DNA of 56,710 nt from Saprospiraceae bacterium. GTDB taxonomy: Bacteria; Bacteroidota; Bacteroidia; Chitinophagales; Saprospiraceae. The stretch is taken from assembly GCA_045106545.1 (NCBI GenBank), contig JBGCES010000055.1, forward strand, positions 1-56,710, written 5' to 3'. The position numbers were made by a program, and so were the translations under genes. Shown here in pieces: positions 1 to 8,628 of the stretch (positions within the stretch are counted from its first letter, which is position 1; every line of letters starts with the position of its first letter). The notes under the pieces were generated by a model. That model saw nothing but the letters and a program-made list of their open reading frames with translations. It was not told the origin of the DNA and made no database searches.

Positions 1-273
1 TTTTCTGCATGTGAAATGCGTCATTTGATACATATATTTGGAGTCCCCACCACCAACCTTTAGCGTTTCTCTCAAAAAGCCAACACTGTTCTAACCAATC
101 TTAGTCGACGTTCGTGCCGCTGTTATTATTTATAATTTCGCATCGTTTAGTACTAAACGAAGAACCACACCACACACTTTTTACTAAAATCGATGCATCT
201 TCCCATTTTAGAAATTCGATAAAAATAAACGTAGCGTTTATTTTTTCGTCAATATTAAAATCGTACAAGTAAC

Positions 274-3200
274 ATGGAGCAAATTAAAAAAGGATTGTAC
301 GTACCACAGATGGAAAAATCTTCTTGCGGTACTGGTTTGATTGCTAATCTAAATGGTAATAAATCGCATAAAGTTATTGAGGATGCGCTATCAATGTTGA
401 TGCGCATGGAACATCGAGGCGCATGTGGTTGCGAAGAAAATACGGGCGATGGAGCAGGAATTTTAATTCAAACCCCCCATCGCTTTTTTCAAAAAAAATG
501 TCGCGAACTCAATTTTGAATTGCCTGATTTTGGTGAATATGGCGTTGGTGTAGTACATTTTCCAATGGAAAAAAATCTACGTCAGCAATGTCGTTTCTTA
601 TTAAATGACTACATCGACGAATTGGGTTTTGAAAAATTAGGTTACCGCAAAGTGCCAACTGATAATGAATTATTAGGTGAAACTGCCGTGAGTGTAGAAC
701 CACGGATGGAGCAGGTTTTCGTAAAACCTAAGCAAAAAGTAGATGCAAAGAAATTGGAGCGGATGCTCTACGTGCTACGTAAATTTTCAACACACAAGAT
801 CCACCAGACTTTCCCGCAAAGTAAGCACACCTTTTATATCACTTCCTTTTCTTACAAAACGGTCGTTTACAAAGGTCAATTAACCACTTGGCAAGTACGT
901 CCCTACTTTTTGGACTTACACGACGAGTCGTGCGAAACGGCAATTGCCTTGATCCACTCACGTTTTTCTACCAATACCGTTCCCCGCTGGAAACTCGCAC
1001 AGCCTTTCCGTTACATCGCCCACAATGGCGAAATCAATACCGTAATGGGTAATCTGAATTGGTGGAAATCTAAAGAACCGTGGTTAGAATCTGGTTTATT
1101 TACCGAGGAGGAAATGGAAAAATTGAAGCCCATTTGTGGTTCTAATTTGTCAGATTCTGCCAATTTTGATAATGTTTTAGAATTTTTGGTACTCAGCGGT
1201 CGCAGCTTACCTACAGCTCTGATGATGATGATTCCCGAAGCGTGGCAACACGATGAGGATATGGCAGATTATAAAAAAGCCTTTTATCAATATCATAAAA
1301 TTTTGATGGAACCTTGGGATGGCCCCGCTTCCATTTGTTTTACTGACGGCATCGTAGTCGGCGCAACTTTGGATAGAAACGGTCTGCGTCCTTCGCGCTA
1401 CATGTTGACGGATGACAATACCCTAATTGTTGCTTCTGAAGCAGGTGTTTTACCCGTTGACCAATCGACCGTTACGAAAAAAGGGCGTTTACAGCCTGGT
1501 AAAATTCTAATTGCTGATTTGGATGAAAATCGCGTGATTGGCGACGAAGAATTGAAAGCAACGATCTGCCAACGCAATCCGTACCGCGATTGGTTGGATC
1601 AGAATATGATCGAGCTGAAAGACATCGAAGGGCAAGAAGTCAATGCGGCACTAGATGATAAAACACTTTTAAAGCAACAGCAATTATTTGGCTATACCAA
1701 AGAAGATTTGAAAGTAATCATTGGTCCAATGGTAGCGGGTGGAAAAGACCCGATTGGCTCGATGGGAACGGATACGCCGCTGGCAGTACTTTCGCATCAG
1801 TCACAACATTTAGCCAATTATTTCAAACAGCTTTTCGCACAAGTAACGAATCCGCCGATTGACCCGATTCGCGAACGTTCAGTCATGTCGCTTTATGCGA
1901 TGCTCGGTGGCGCAGAAAATATTTTGGAAACCAAAGCAGCACACGCTCGCTATATCCATTTGGATTCGCCCGTTTTGACGAATACCGAAATGGCAAAAAT
2001 CAAAAGCATCTACCGCGATGATTTTAAAAGCGGAACAGTGCGTACGGTCTTTCTAGCCGATGGGCAAAAAGGACGGATGGCTGCCGCAATCGATCACATT
2101 TGCGCCGTAGCGGAAGATTTTGTCCGTCAGGGAAAAAACATCCTCATTTTATCCGACCGTAGTGCAGATAGTAATCATGCACCAATTCCATCGCTATTGG
2201 CGATAGGCGCGGTACACCATCACTTGATTCATGCTGGCTTACGTGCTAAAACAGCAATTGTCGTAGAAGCGGGAGACGTACGCGAAACGCATCATTTTGC
2301 CACTTTAGTCGGCTATGGTGCAAGCGGTATCAATCCGTATATGGCATACGCGACTATCGCAGATTTGCATAACAAACGCTTCTTTGAACAAGAGAAAACG
2401 AAAAAAGAATTATTTAAAATTTACAATAAGGCAATTGGTAAAGGCTTATTGAAAATCATGTCGAAAATTGGTATTTCGACGATTCAATCTTACCAAGGCG
2501 CACAGATTTTTGAAGCTTTAGGAGTAAATAAAGAAGTTGTTGACCGCTGTTTTAAAGGTACGGTTTCGCGGATTGAAGGTATCGGTTTTGATGGCATCGC
2601 GGAAGAAGCTTTGGTGCGTCATAAATTGGCTTTCCCCGACCAAGCTATTCCCAATCCTCGCCTTGAAGTAGGCGGTTTGTTCCAATGGAAACGACGCGGT
2701 GAATTTCACTTATTTAACCCCAATACGATTCACTTATTGCAATATGCGTCGCGTAGAGGCGATTACGATACCTATAAAAAGTACGCTAAACTCATCAACG
2801 AACAAAGCGAACAAGCATGTACTCTACGCGGTCTAATGAAGTTCCGTAAAGGAGATTCTATTCCATTAGAAGAAGTAGAACCCGTAGAAGATATTATGAC
2901 TCGTTTCGCTACAGGCGCGATGTCTTTCGGTTCGATTTCGCACGAAGCGCATACGACTTTGGCAATTGCAATGAACCGCATAGGCGGTAAAAGTAATAGT
3001 GGAGAAGGAGGCGAAGATGAAGCGCGTTTTCAACCTAAAGAAAACGGTGATTGGGAACGTTCGGCAACAAAACAAGTCGCTTCGGGACGTTTCGGTGTAA
3101 CCAGTTATTACCTAACTAATGCCGAGGAATTACAAATTAAAATGGCACAGGGCGCGAAACCAGGCGAAGGTGGACAGTTACCTGGTCATAAAGTAAACGA

Positions 3201-4800
3201 CTGGATTGGTCGCGTGCGCCACTCTACTCCTGGCGTAGGTTTGATTTCTCCACCGCCACACCACGATATTTATTCTATCGAAGATTTGGCGCAGTTGATT
3301 TTTGATTTAAAAAATGCCAATCGTGCTGCACGCATTAACGTAAAATTAGTTTCTAAAGCAGGCGTTGGAATTATAGCTTCGGGTGTGGCAAAAGCCCATG
3401 CGGATGCGATTCTAATTTCAGGTCACGACGGTGGAACGGGCGCATCGCCGATTTCTTCTATCCGTCACGCAGGTCTGCCGTGGGAATTGGGATTAGCGGA
3501 AACGCACCAAACTTTAGTTAAAAATAAACTCCGCGACCGCGTCCGTGTGCAAACGGATGGACAAATTCGGACGGGACGTGATTTAGCGATTGCTACACTT
3601 TTAGGTGCAGAAGAATGGGGTGTAGCAACCGCAGCTTTAGTCGTGGAAGGTTGTATTATGATGCGTAAGTGTCACGTCAATACTTGCCCCGTCGGTATCG
3701 CTACGCAGGACGAACGTCTTCGCGGTCGCTTTACGGGCAAACCTGAACACGTGATTAACTTCTTCACTTACCTCGCACAAGACCTCCGCGAAATCATGGC
3801 GGAACTTGGTTTCCGTACTGTCGATGAAATGGTCGGTCGCGTAGAGATGTTGAAATTCAACGAGGAAGTAGAACACTGGAAATACAAGCAACTGGATTTA
3901 AGCCCAATTTTATACAAAGAACCTGCAGATGATTCTGTTGGTCAACGCAAATTGATTGAGCAAGATCACGGCATCAAAGAAGTGCTAGATCGCAAATTAA
4001 TCAGCTACGCAAAACCTGCCTTAAAAGAGCAAAAAACGGTCAAAAAGGAATTCAAGATTTTGAATACCGACCGCGCAGTGGGTACGATGCTATCGAATGA
4101 AATTTCTAAAGTTTACGATGGTGCGGGCTTACCTGATGCGACGATTCAGTATCACTTCCGGGGTTCGGCAGGACAAAGTTTTGGTGCATTCGGCGCGGCT
4201 GGTTTGCAATTTAAACTAGAAGGTGAAGCCAACGATTACTTTGGTAAAGGTTTATCGGGCGGTCGCCTAATCGTAGTCCCTGACCGCGAAGCAAAATTCA
4301 CTCCTAGTGAAAATATCATTATTGGTAACGTCGCGTTTTACGGTGGAACTTCAGGCGAAGCCTACATCAACGGAATGGCGGGCGAGCGTTTCGCAGTACG
4401 TAATTCAGGTGTAAAAACCGTCGTAGAAGGTATCGGCGACCACGGTTGCGAATACATGACGGGCGGCGTAGTAGTCGTCATCGGCGAAACGGGTAAAAAC
4501 TTCGCAGCAGGTATGTCGGGCGGTATGGCTTACGTTTACAATGCCGATAAGTCGTTTGATAAAAAAGTGAATCCTGAAATGGTCGATTTAGATCCATTGG
4601 AGGAAGAAGATTTCATCCGTTTGAAAAATCTAATCCACAATCATTATCGCTTTACGACCAGTGAAGTGGCCATGCGTATTTTGAATAATTGGGATACAGA
4701 GAAGTTGTTCTTTACGAAAGTGATGCCACGTGATTATAAGGCAGTATTGCTAAAACGGAAGAAAGCAGCAGAGCAAGGGATTGCAGCTGAAGCTGCTTAA
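274..4800 (+). CDS. gltB: Glutamate synthase large subunit
   Basis: 1508-aa ORF. N-terminal Ntn-amidotransferase Cys (KSSCGTGLIANL), synthase core (GGTGASP), and C-terminal GXGXG region (GDHGCEYMTGG). Followed by gltD. Confidence 0.97.
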   Translation: MEQIKKGLYVPQMEKSSCGTGLIANLNGNKSHKVIEDALSMLMRMEHRGACGCEENTGDGAGILIQTPHRFFQKKCRELNFELPDFGEYGVGVVHFPMEKNLRQQCRFLLNDYIDELGFEKLGYRKVPTDNELLGETAVSVEPRMEQVFVKPKQKVDAKKLERMLYVLRKFSTHKIHQTFPQSKHTFYITSFSYKTVVYKGQLTTWQVRPYFLDLHDESCETAIALIHSRFSTNTVPRWKLAQPFRYIAHNGEINTVMGNLNWWKSKEPWLESGLFTEEEMEKLKPICGSNLSDSANFDNVLEFLVLSGRSLPTALMMMIPEAWQHDEDMADYKKAFYQYHKILMEPWDGPASICFTDGIVVGATLDRNGLRPSRYMLTDDNTLIVASEAGVLPVDQSTVTKKGRLQPGKILIADLDENRVIGDEELKATICQRNPYRDWLDQNMIELKDIEGQEVNAALDDKTLLKQQQLFGYTKEDLKVIIGPMVAGGKDPIGSMGTDTPLAVLSHQSQHLANYFKQLFAQVTNPPIDPIRERSVMSLYAMLGGAENILETKAAHARYIHLDSPVLTNTEMAKIKSIYRDDFKSGTVRTVFLADGQKGRMAAAIDHICAVAEDFVRQGKNILILSDRSADSNHAPIPSLLAIGAVHHHLIHAGLRAKTAIVVEAGDVRETHHFATLVGYGASGINPYMAYATIADLHNKRFFEQEKTKKELFKIYNKAIGKGLLKIMSKIGISTIQSYQGAQIFEALGVNKEVVDRCFKGTVSRIEGIGFDGIAEEALVRHKLAFPDQAIPNPRLEVGGLFQWKRRGEFHLFNPNTIHLLQYASRRGDYDTYKKYAKLINEQSEQACTLRGLMKFRKGDSIPLEEVEPVEDIMTRFATGAMSFGSISHEAHTTLAIAMNRIGGKSNSGEGGEDEARFQPKENGDWERSATKQVASGRFGVTSYYLTNAEELQIKMAQGAKPGEGGQLPGHKVNDWIGRVRHSTPGVGLISPPPHHDIYSIEDLAQLIFDLKNANRAARINVKLVSKAGVGIIASGVAKAHADAILISGHDGGTGASPISSIRHAGLPWELGLAETHQTLVKNKLRDRVRVQTDGQIRTGRDLAIATLLGAEEWGVATAALVVEGCIMMRKCHVNTCPVGIATQDERLRGRFTGKPEHVINFFTYLAQDLREIMAELGFRTVDEMVGRVEMLKFNEEVEHWKYKQLDLSPILYKEPADDSVGQRKLIEQDHGIKEVLDRKLISYAKPALKEQKTVKKEFKILNTDRAVGTMLSNEISKVYDGAGLPDATIQYHFRGSAGQSFGAFGAAGLQFKLEGEANDYFGKGLSGGRLIVVPDREAKFTPSENIIIGNVAFYGGTSGEAYINGMAGERFAVRNSGVKTVVEGIGDHGCEYMTGGVVVVIGETGKNFAAGMSGGMAYVYNADKSFDKKVNPEMVDLDPLEEEDFIRLKNLIHNHYRFTTSEVAMRILNNWDTEKLFFTKVMPRDYKAVLLKRKKAAEQGIAAEAA

Positions 4801-4805
4801 TTAGG

Positions 4806-4913
4806 TAGGATGGGAACACGGATTTAACAGGATCTAACGGATTTTTACTGATTATTTTTTTACAAAAATCCGCGCTAATCGATTTAATCCGTTCAATCCG
4901 CGTTCCAATTACG
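4806..4913. repeat. Palindromic intergenic repeat, family R1, copy a (gltB-gltD spacer)
   Basis: TAGGATGGGAACACGGATTTAACAGGATCTAACGGATT...AATCCGTTCAATCCGCGTTCC. The arms are imperfect inverted repeats made of ~10-nt CRGAT units. Related copies lie at 10115, 12726, 13604 and 26227. Confidence 0.6.
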
Positions 4914-4924
4914 CCAGAGCGGCA

Positions 4925-4959
4925 TTACACATTATACATTACTAATTACACATTAATAA
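4925..4959. repeat. Tandem degenerate heptamer array (5 units)
   Basis: TTACACA TTATACA TTACTAA TTACACA TTAATAA, ending 1 nt before the gltD ATG. The same word family occurs at 46439-46533. Confidence 0.7.
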
Positions 4960-4960
4960 T

Positions 4961-6424
4961 ATGGCTGATCCAAAAGGCTTTTTTAAATATACGCGCGAGT
5001 TACCAGACACAGAAGATCCAAAAGAGCGCATCGAAAATTATAAAGAAATTTACAAAGATTTTCCCGTAGAAAAGACGGTCAATCAAGCAGCGCGTTGCAT
5101 GGATTGCGGCGTTCCGTTTTGTCACAGTGGCTGTCCGTTGGGAAATATCATTCCGGAATTCAATGATGCGGTCTATGAAGAAGATTGGCAGGCGGCAATT
5201 GAAATTTTAGGGAGTACGAATAATTTTCCAGAGTTTACGGGACGGATTTGCCCTGCGCCCTGCGAAAAGGCGTGTGTATTAGGCATTAATCAACCGCCCG
5301 TAGCGATTGAGCATATTGAAAAATCAATTGCGGAAGTTGCTTACGAACGCGGTTATATTCGTCCTAAACCGCCCGTTTCGCGGACGGGTAAAAAAGTGGC
5401 AGTTGTAGGTTCTGGACCTGCGGGTTTGGCAGCGGCAGCGCAGTTGAATAAAGCAGGGCATTTAGTGACCGTTTATGAACGGAAAGATCGGATTGGTGGT
5501 TTGTTGCGCTATGGCATTCCTGATTTTAAATTAGAAAAATGGGTTGTCGAGCGTCGCGTCGCACTGATGGAAGCAGAAGGCATTAAGTTCCGTACCAATT
5601 GCGATATTGGCGTGAATGTGCCTGTAGCAGAATTGAAAAACAACTTTGATGCCATCGTACTTTGTGGTGGCTCGACCATACCACGTGACTTGCCGATCAA
5701 GGGACGCGAATTGAAAGGTGTACATTTCGCCATGGACTTTTTAGAACAAAACAACCGTCGCGTAGCGGGTGATAAAATTGCTAAAAAAGAGGCACTTTTA
5801 GCAACCGATAAAAATGTATTGGTTATCGGTGGTGGTGATACAGGTTCAGATTGCGTAGGCACTTCTAATCGCCACAAAGCGAAATCAATCACGCAAATTG
5901 AGCTATTATCGAAGCCGCCCGAGGAGCGCGATATGACGACTTGGCCATTGTGGCCTTCGGTTTTGCGTACTTCTTCTTCGCATTTAGAAGGTTGTAATCG
6001 CGAGTGGGCAATTCTAACCAAAGAATTTATTGGCGATAAAAAAGGCCACTTAAAAGCAGTAAAATTAGTCAATATCGAATGGGCGAAGGATGAAGCGACG
6101 GGACGTTTTAGTTTCAAAGAAATCGACGGAACGGAAGTTGAAATTCCCTGCGAATTAACCTTACTTTCTATCGGTTTTACCAATCCTAAATTAGAAGGTG
6201 TCCTAAAACAACTCGGTATCGAATTGACGGAACGCAATAATGTAAAAGACAAAAATTACCAAACCAACGTAGAAAACGTCTTCGTAGCAGGCGATATGCG
6301 GCGTGGACAATCGCTCGTTGTATGGGCGATTTCAGAAGGACGCGAAGCGGCGAAAGCGGTGGATGAATACTTGATGGGCGTTTCGATGCTGGAAGGGAAG
6401 GAAGATTCGTTGATGGTGGTGTAA
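4961..6424 (+). CDS. gltD: Glutamate synthase small subunit
   Basis: 487-aa ORF. Fe-S Cys clusters (CMDCGVPFCHSGCPLGN, CPAPCEKACV) and a Rossmann GxGxxG motif (VAVVGSGPAGLAAA). Located directly after gltB. Confidence 0.95.
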   Translation: MADPKGFFKYTRELPDTEDPKERIENYKEIYKDFPVEKTVNQAARCMDCGVPFCHSGCPLGNIIPEFNDAVYEEDWQAAIEILGSTNNFPEFTGRICPAPCEKACVLGINQPPVAIEHIEKSIAEVAYERGYIRPKPPVSRTGKKVAVVGSGPAGLAAAAQLNKAGHLVTVYERKDRIGGLLRYGIPDFKLEKWVVERRVALMEAEGIKFRTNCDIGVNVPVAELKNNFDAIVLCGGSTIPRDLPIKGRELKGVHFAMDFLEQNNRRVAGDKIAKKEALLATDKNVLVIGGGDTGSDCVGTSNRHKAKSITQIELLSKPPEERDMTTWPLWPSVLRTSSSHLEGCNREWAILTKEFIGDKKGHLKAVKLVNIEWAKDEATGRFSFKEIDGTEVEIPCELTLLSIGFTNPKLEGVLKQLGIELTERNNVKDKNYQTNVENVFVAGDMRRGQSLVVWAISEGREAAKAVDEYLMGVSMLEGKEDSLMVV

Positions 6425-6461
6425 AAAAAATTAGACATAAAACCAAAGTAGAAAGGTGGAC

Positions 6462-6488
6462 AAGGCGAGAGCTTTGTTCGCCTTTTTA
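6462..6488 (+). terminator. Intrinsic terminator-like hairpin after gltD
   Basis: Stem AAGGCGA / TCGCCTT with a 9-nt loop, followed by TTTTT. Located between the convergent gltD and PIN genes. Confidence 0.55.
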
Positions 6489-6944
6489 CTTTCTAAATTT
6501 GTTGATGTCGATAAACTTCAGTTTCAAAAATTCTCCTTCTAAATGATTGAAGTCTCGATCCGTAGTCACTAAAGTGATATCAAAAGCACTAGCAGTTGCC
6601 GCGATCCATAAATCGTTTTTACCCATATTAATCGCTGAGAAATTAGATTTTCTAGTTTTATGCCTACCTTGACTGAAAGCATCTATTTCTTCGTACTTTT
6701 CTAAAATCTTATCGTAGGAAATATCTAGGCGAGTTGTATTTTCCAATATTTTATCAATCCCAGCACGCCGCTTGTCACCAATTCTAAATTGATGAATAAT
6801 GGAGTTAATTTCAGCAATAGAAACTATCGAAATTGCTAAATTATTATCCGTTACAAATATGCGGTGTACTTACTCTATTTTTCGCGCTAAATCTCTGCTT
6901 TTACTATAGATGATAACGATATTAGTATCCAATAAATAGTCCAT
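6486..6944 (-). pseudogene. vapC: VapC-family PIN-domain toxin interrupted by an in-frame TAA (6870-6872)
   Basis: Manual minus-strand translation from ATG 6944 gives MDYLLDTNIVIIYSKSRDLARKIE*VHRIFVTDNN...SIAEI...TTDRDFNHL. The frame is the same before and after the stop, for 152 codons in total. PIN acidic residues are split across the stop. Confidence 0.75.
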
Positions 6945-6950
6945 GCAATA

Positions 6951-7250
6951 TTAATTTAGTGCAGCTAATAGATCGTCTAAAGTATAATCTTCCTCGGTAT
7001 CGTCAATGTATGGATACAATTCCTCGAAGGTCAATTGCTTACGCCCTTGTTCGTTTACTACATCAGCGAAAGAAGTCAATGGTTTTAGTGTCAATTGAGC
7101 TGCCATCCATGACGGACTTTCAGTCGTTTTATCATTTTTCTGTGGGAACAAGTCATATACAGTAGATTTGATCTGTTGGAGCGCATTTATATCCGTGATA
7201 GAATAGATGATTTGTGATAAATCTTGCTGTAATTGTTTTATTGTACTCAT
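6951..7250 (-). CDS. Putative antitoxin of the PIN module (small acidic-tailed protein)
   Basis: 99-aa ORF ending 6 nt upstream of the PIN ATG on the same strand, with an acidic C-terminus (DDTEEDYTLDDLLAALN). The call rests on gene order only. Confidence 0.5.
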   Translation of the reverse strand: MSTIKQLQQDLSQIIYSITDINALQQIKSTVYDLFPQKNDKTTESPSWMAAQLTLKPLTSFADVVNEQGRKQLTFEELYPYIDDTEEDYTLDDLLAALN

Positions 7251-7284
7251 GCTGTGTCTTTTGCGTGACGAGTTCTATAAGTTT

Positions 7285-7575
7285 CTATGCTAAAATTACG
7301 TCCGTTTGCTCCTCTTCTGCGTCTGTTCCAATTTCAGGAAGATTATCCTGTTTAATAAGTGGCGTATAGGAAGTATTTGGCGGTCGCAGCGTTGTCGTAT
7401 CCGTAAGTCGTTGGGCGCGATCTGTCCGTTTTGCAATGACTTTTCGCTCTTCCAAATCTTTTTGTAGTTGATTCAGAACTTCCACCTTTAACACGTCGGG
7501 AAGCTGTTGAAGCAACGCCCATATCTGTTGTGGTTGAACAACTAAGTTGATATTTATTTCGGTGGTAGCTGACAT
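7285..7575 (-). CDS. Hypothetical small protein
   Basis: 96-aa ORF with an ATG start, co-oriented and 34 nt upstream of the putative antitoxin. No recognisable motif. Confidence 0.4.
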   Translation of the reverse strand: MSATTEININLVVQPQQIWALLQQLPDVLKVEVLNQLQKDLEERKVIAKRTDRAQRLTDTTTLRPPNTSYTPLIKQDNLPEIGTDAEEEQTDVILA

Positions 7576-7757
7576 CTTACTCCTCTTTTAGTGACTAAAT
7601 AATGGATTTGGTATTAGCAAATTTACTCTTTTTGTTGGTTAGGTGCAAATAATGAACGTTTTAGTAAATAAGCCCTAACATAAAACGAACTAAAAAAATT
7701 GCAGCGTCGTTAGAATAATTGCATCTTGTTATTCATTTAGAAATAAAGCAATAGATT

Positions 7758-7997
7758 ATGGCATTGGTTATATCCGACAAAACGCTTAATCAAATTAACC
7801 TTTCGGGAGAAGATTTAACAGTTGATATCGCTTGTTATTTATATCAACAAAAAAAGCTGAGTATGGGGAAAGCAAAAGAGTTAGCAGGTTTGAATCAGCG
7901 GGAGTTTCAAATGGAACTCGCTAAGCGGAAAATTGATGTCCATTATTCGGAAGAAGACTTACGGACTGACTTAAAAAACTTAGGCATATCCTTATAA
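7758..7997 (+). CDS. UPF0175-family antitoxin-like protein
   Basis: 79-aa ORF. Its stop abuts the ATG of the DUF3368/PIN-like gene. The sequence style (LSMGKAKELAGL...EFQMELAKRKI) matches UPF0175 as I remember that family. Confidence 0.7.
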   Translation: MALVISDKTLNQINLSGEDLTVDIACYLYQQKKLSMGKAKELAGLNQREFQMELAKRKIDVHYSEEDLRTDLKNLGISL

Positions 7998-7998
7998 A

Positions 7999-8475
7999 AT
8001 GATTATAATCAGCGATACCTCCCCAATTAGCAATTTATTGCAAATAAATCATTTGTGGTTATTAAAAGAACTTTACCAAGAAATCATTATCCCGCCTGCC
8101 GTTCAGCGTGAACTATATGCTATTGCCATTCAAGAAGAAAAAATTGGCGTACTCGATTGGATAAAAGTAGTAGCACCTACAAATCAAAAATTAATCTTGG
8201 AATTGACTGCAGATCTGGACTTAGGTGAATCTGAATCTATCGCACTAGCATTGGAATTCAAGGCAGATTATCTGATCATTGATGAATATTTAGGTAGAAC
8301 AATAGCACAATAACATGGCATCAAAATCACTGGTTTACTCGGCGTACTTATTCAAGCCAAACGAAATAATTTGATTAAAAATGTAAAACCTTTAATTGAT
8401 GATTTGCGACGAATTGGTTTTCGGTTGAATCAGCGGTTGGTGGAAAATGTGTTGAGTGAGTTAGGGGAGGTTTGA
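7999..8475 (+). pseudogene. DUF3368/PIN-like toxin interrupted by an in-frame TAA (8311-8313)
   Basis: The 104-aa ORF (MIIISDTSPISNL...) stops at TAA 8311-8313. The same frame continues HGIKITGLLGVLIQAKRNNLIKNVKPLIDDLRRIGFRLNQRLVENVLSELGEV to TGA 8473-8475, and this tail looks like the DUF3368 C-terminal module. Confidence 0.75.
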
Positions 8476-8582
8476 ATTGAAAGTACACGTTAGGTAACAG
8501 CACAAATTATTCGCTCTTGAGCAATTCCCACAATTGCTGCACATTTTCTTAAGGAGCATTTCCAAAAAAAATTGACCTGAAA

Positions 8583-8625
8583 TAAAAAATTCATCTTGCT
8601 TATTATTTTGAATAATAAGATGAGG
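8583..8625 (-). terminator. Terminator-like hairpin downstream of the flippase gene
   Basis: Minus-strand stem CTTATTATT / AATAATAAG (extended by CATC/GATG), followed by a T-rich run (AATTTTTTATTT). Confidence 0.45.
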
Positions 8626-8628
8626 TGA

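Noticed and set aside
5509-6252. A 247-aa ORF antisense to gltD.
   Set aside because: It is fully embedded in and antisense to a well-supported conserved gene. Its Ser/Pro/Arg-rich, low-complexity-looking translation is typical of a shadow ORF, and I recognised no motif.
6870-8313. Stop-codon reassignment (TAA read as sense) as an explanation for the two in-frame TAA codons.
   Set aside because: TAA is used as the terminator of clearly complete genes in the same window, such as gltB at 4798-4800 and gltD at 6422-6424. Global reassignment is therefore not supported.
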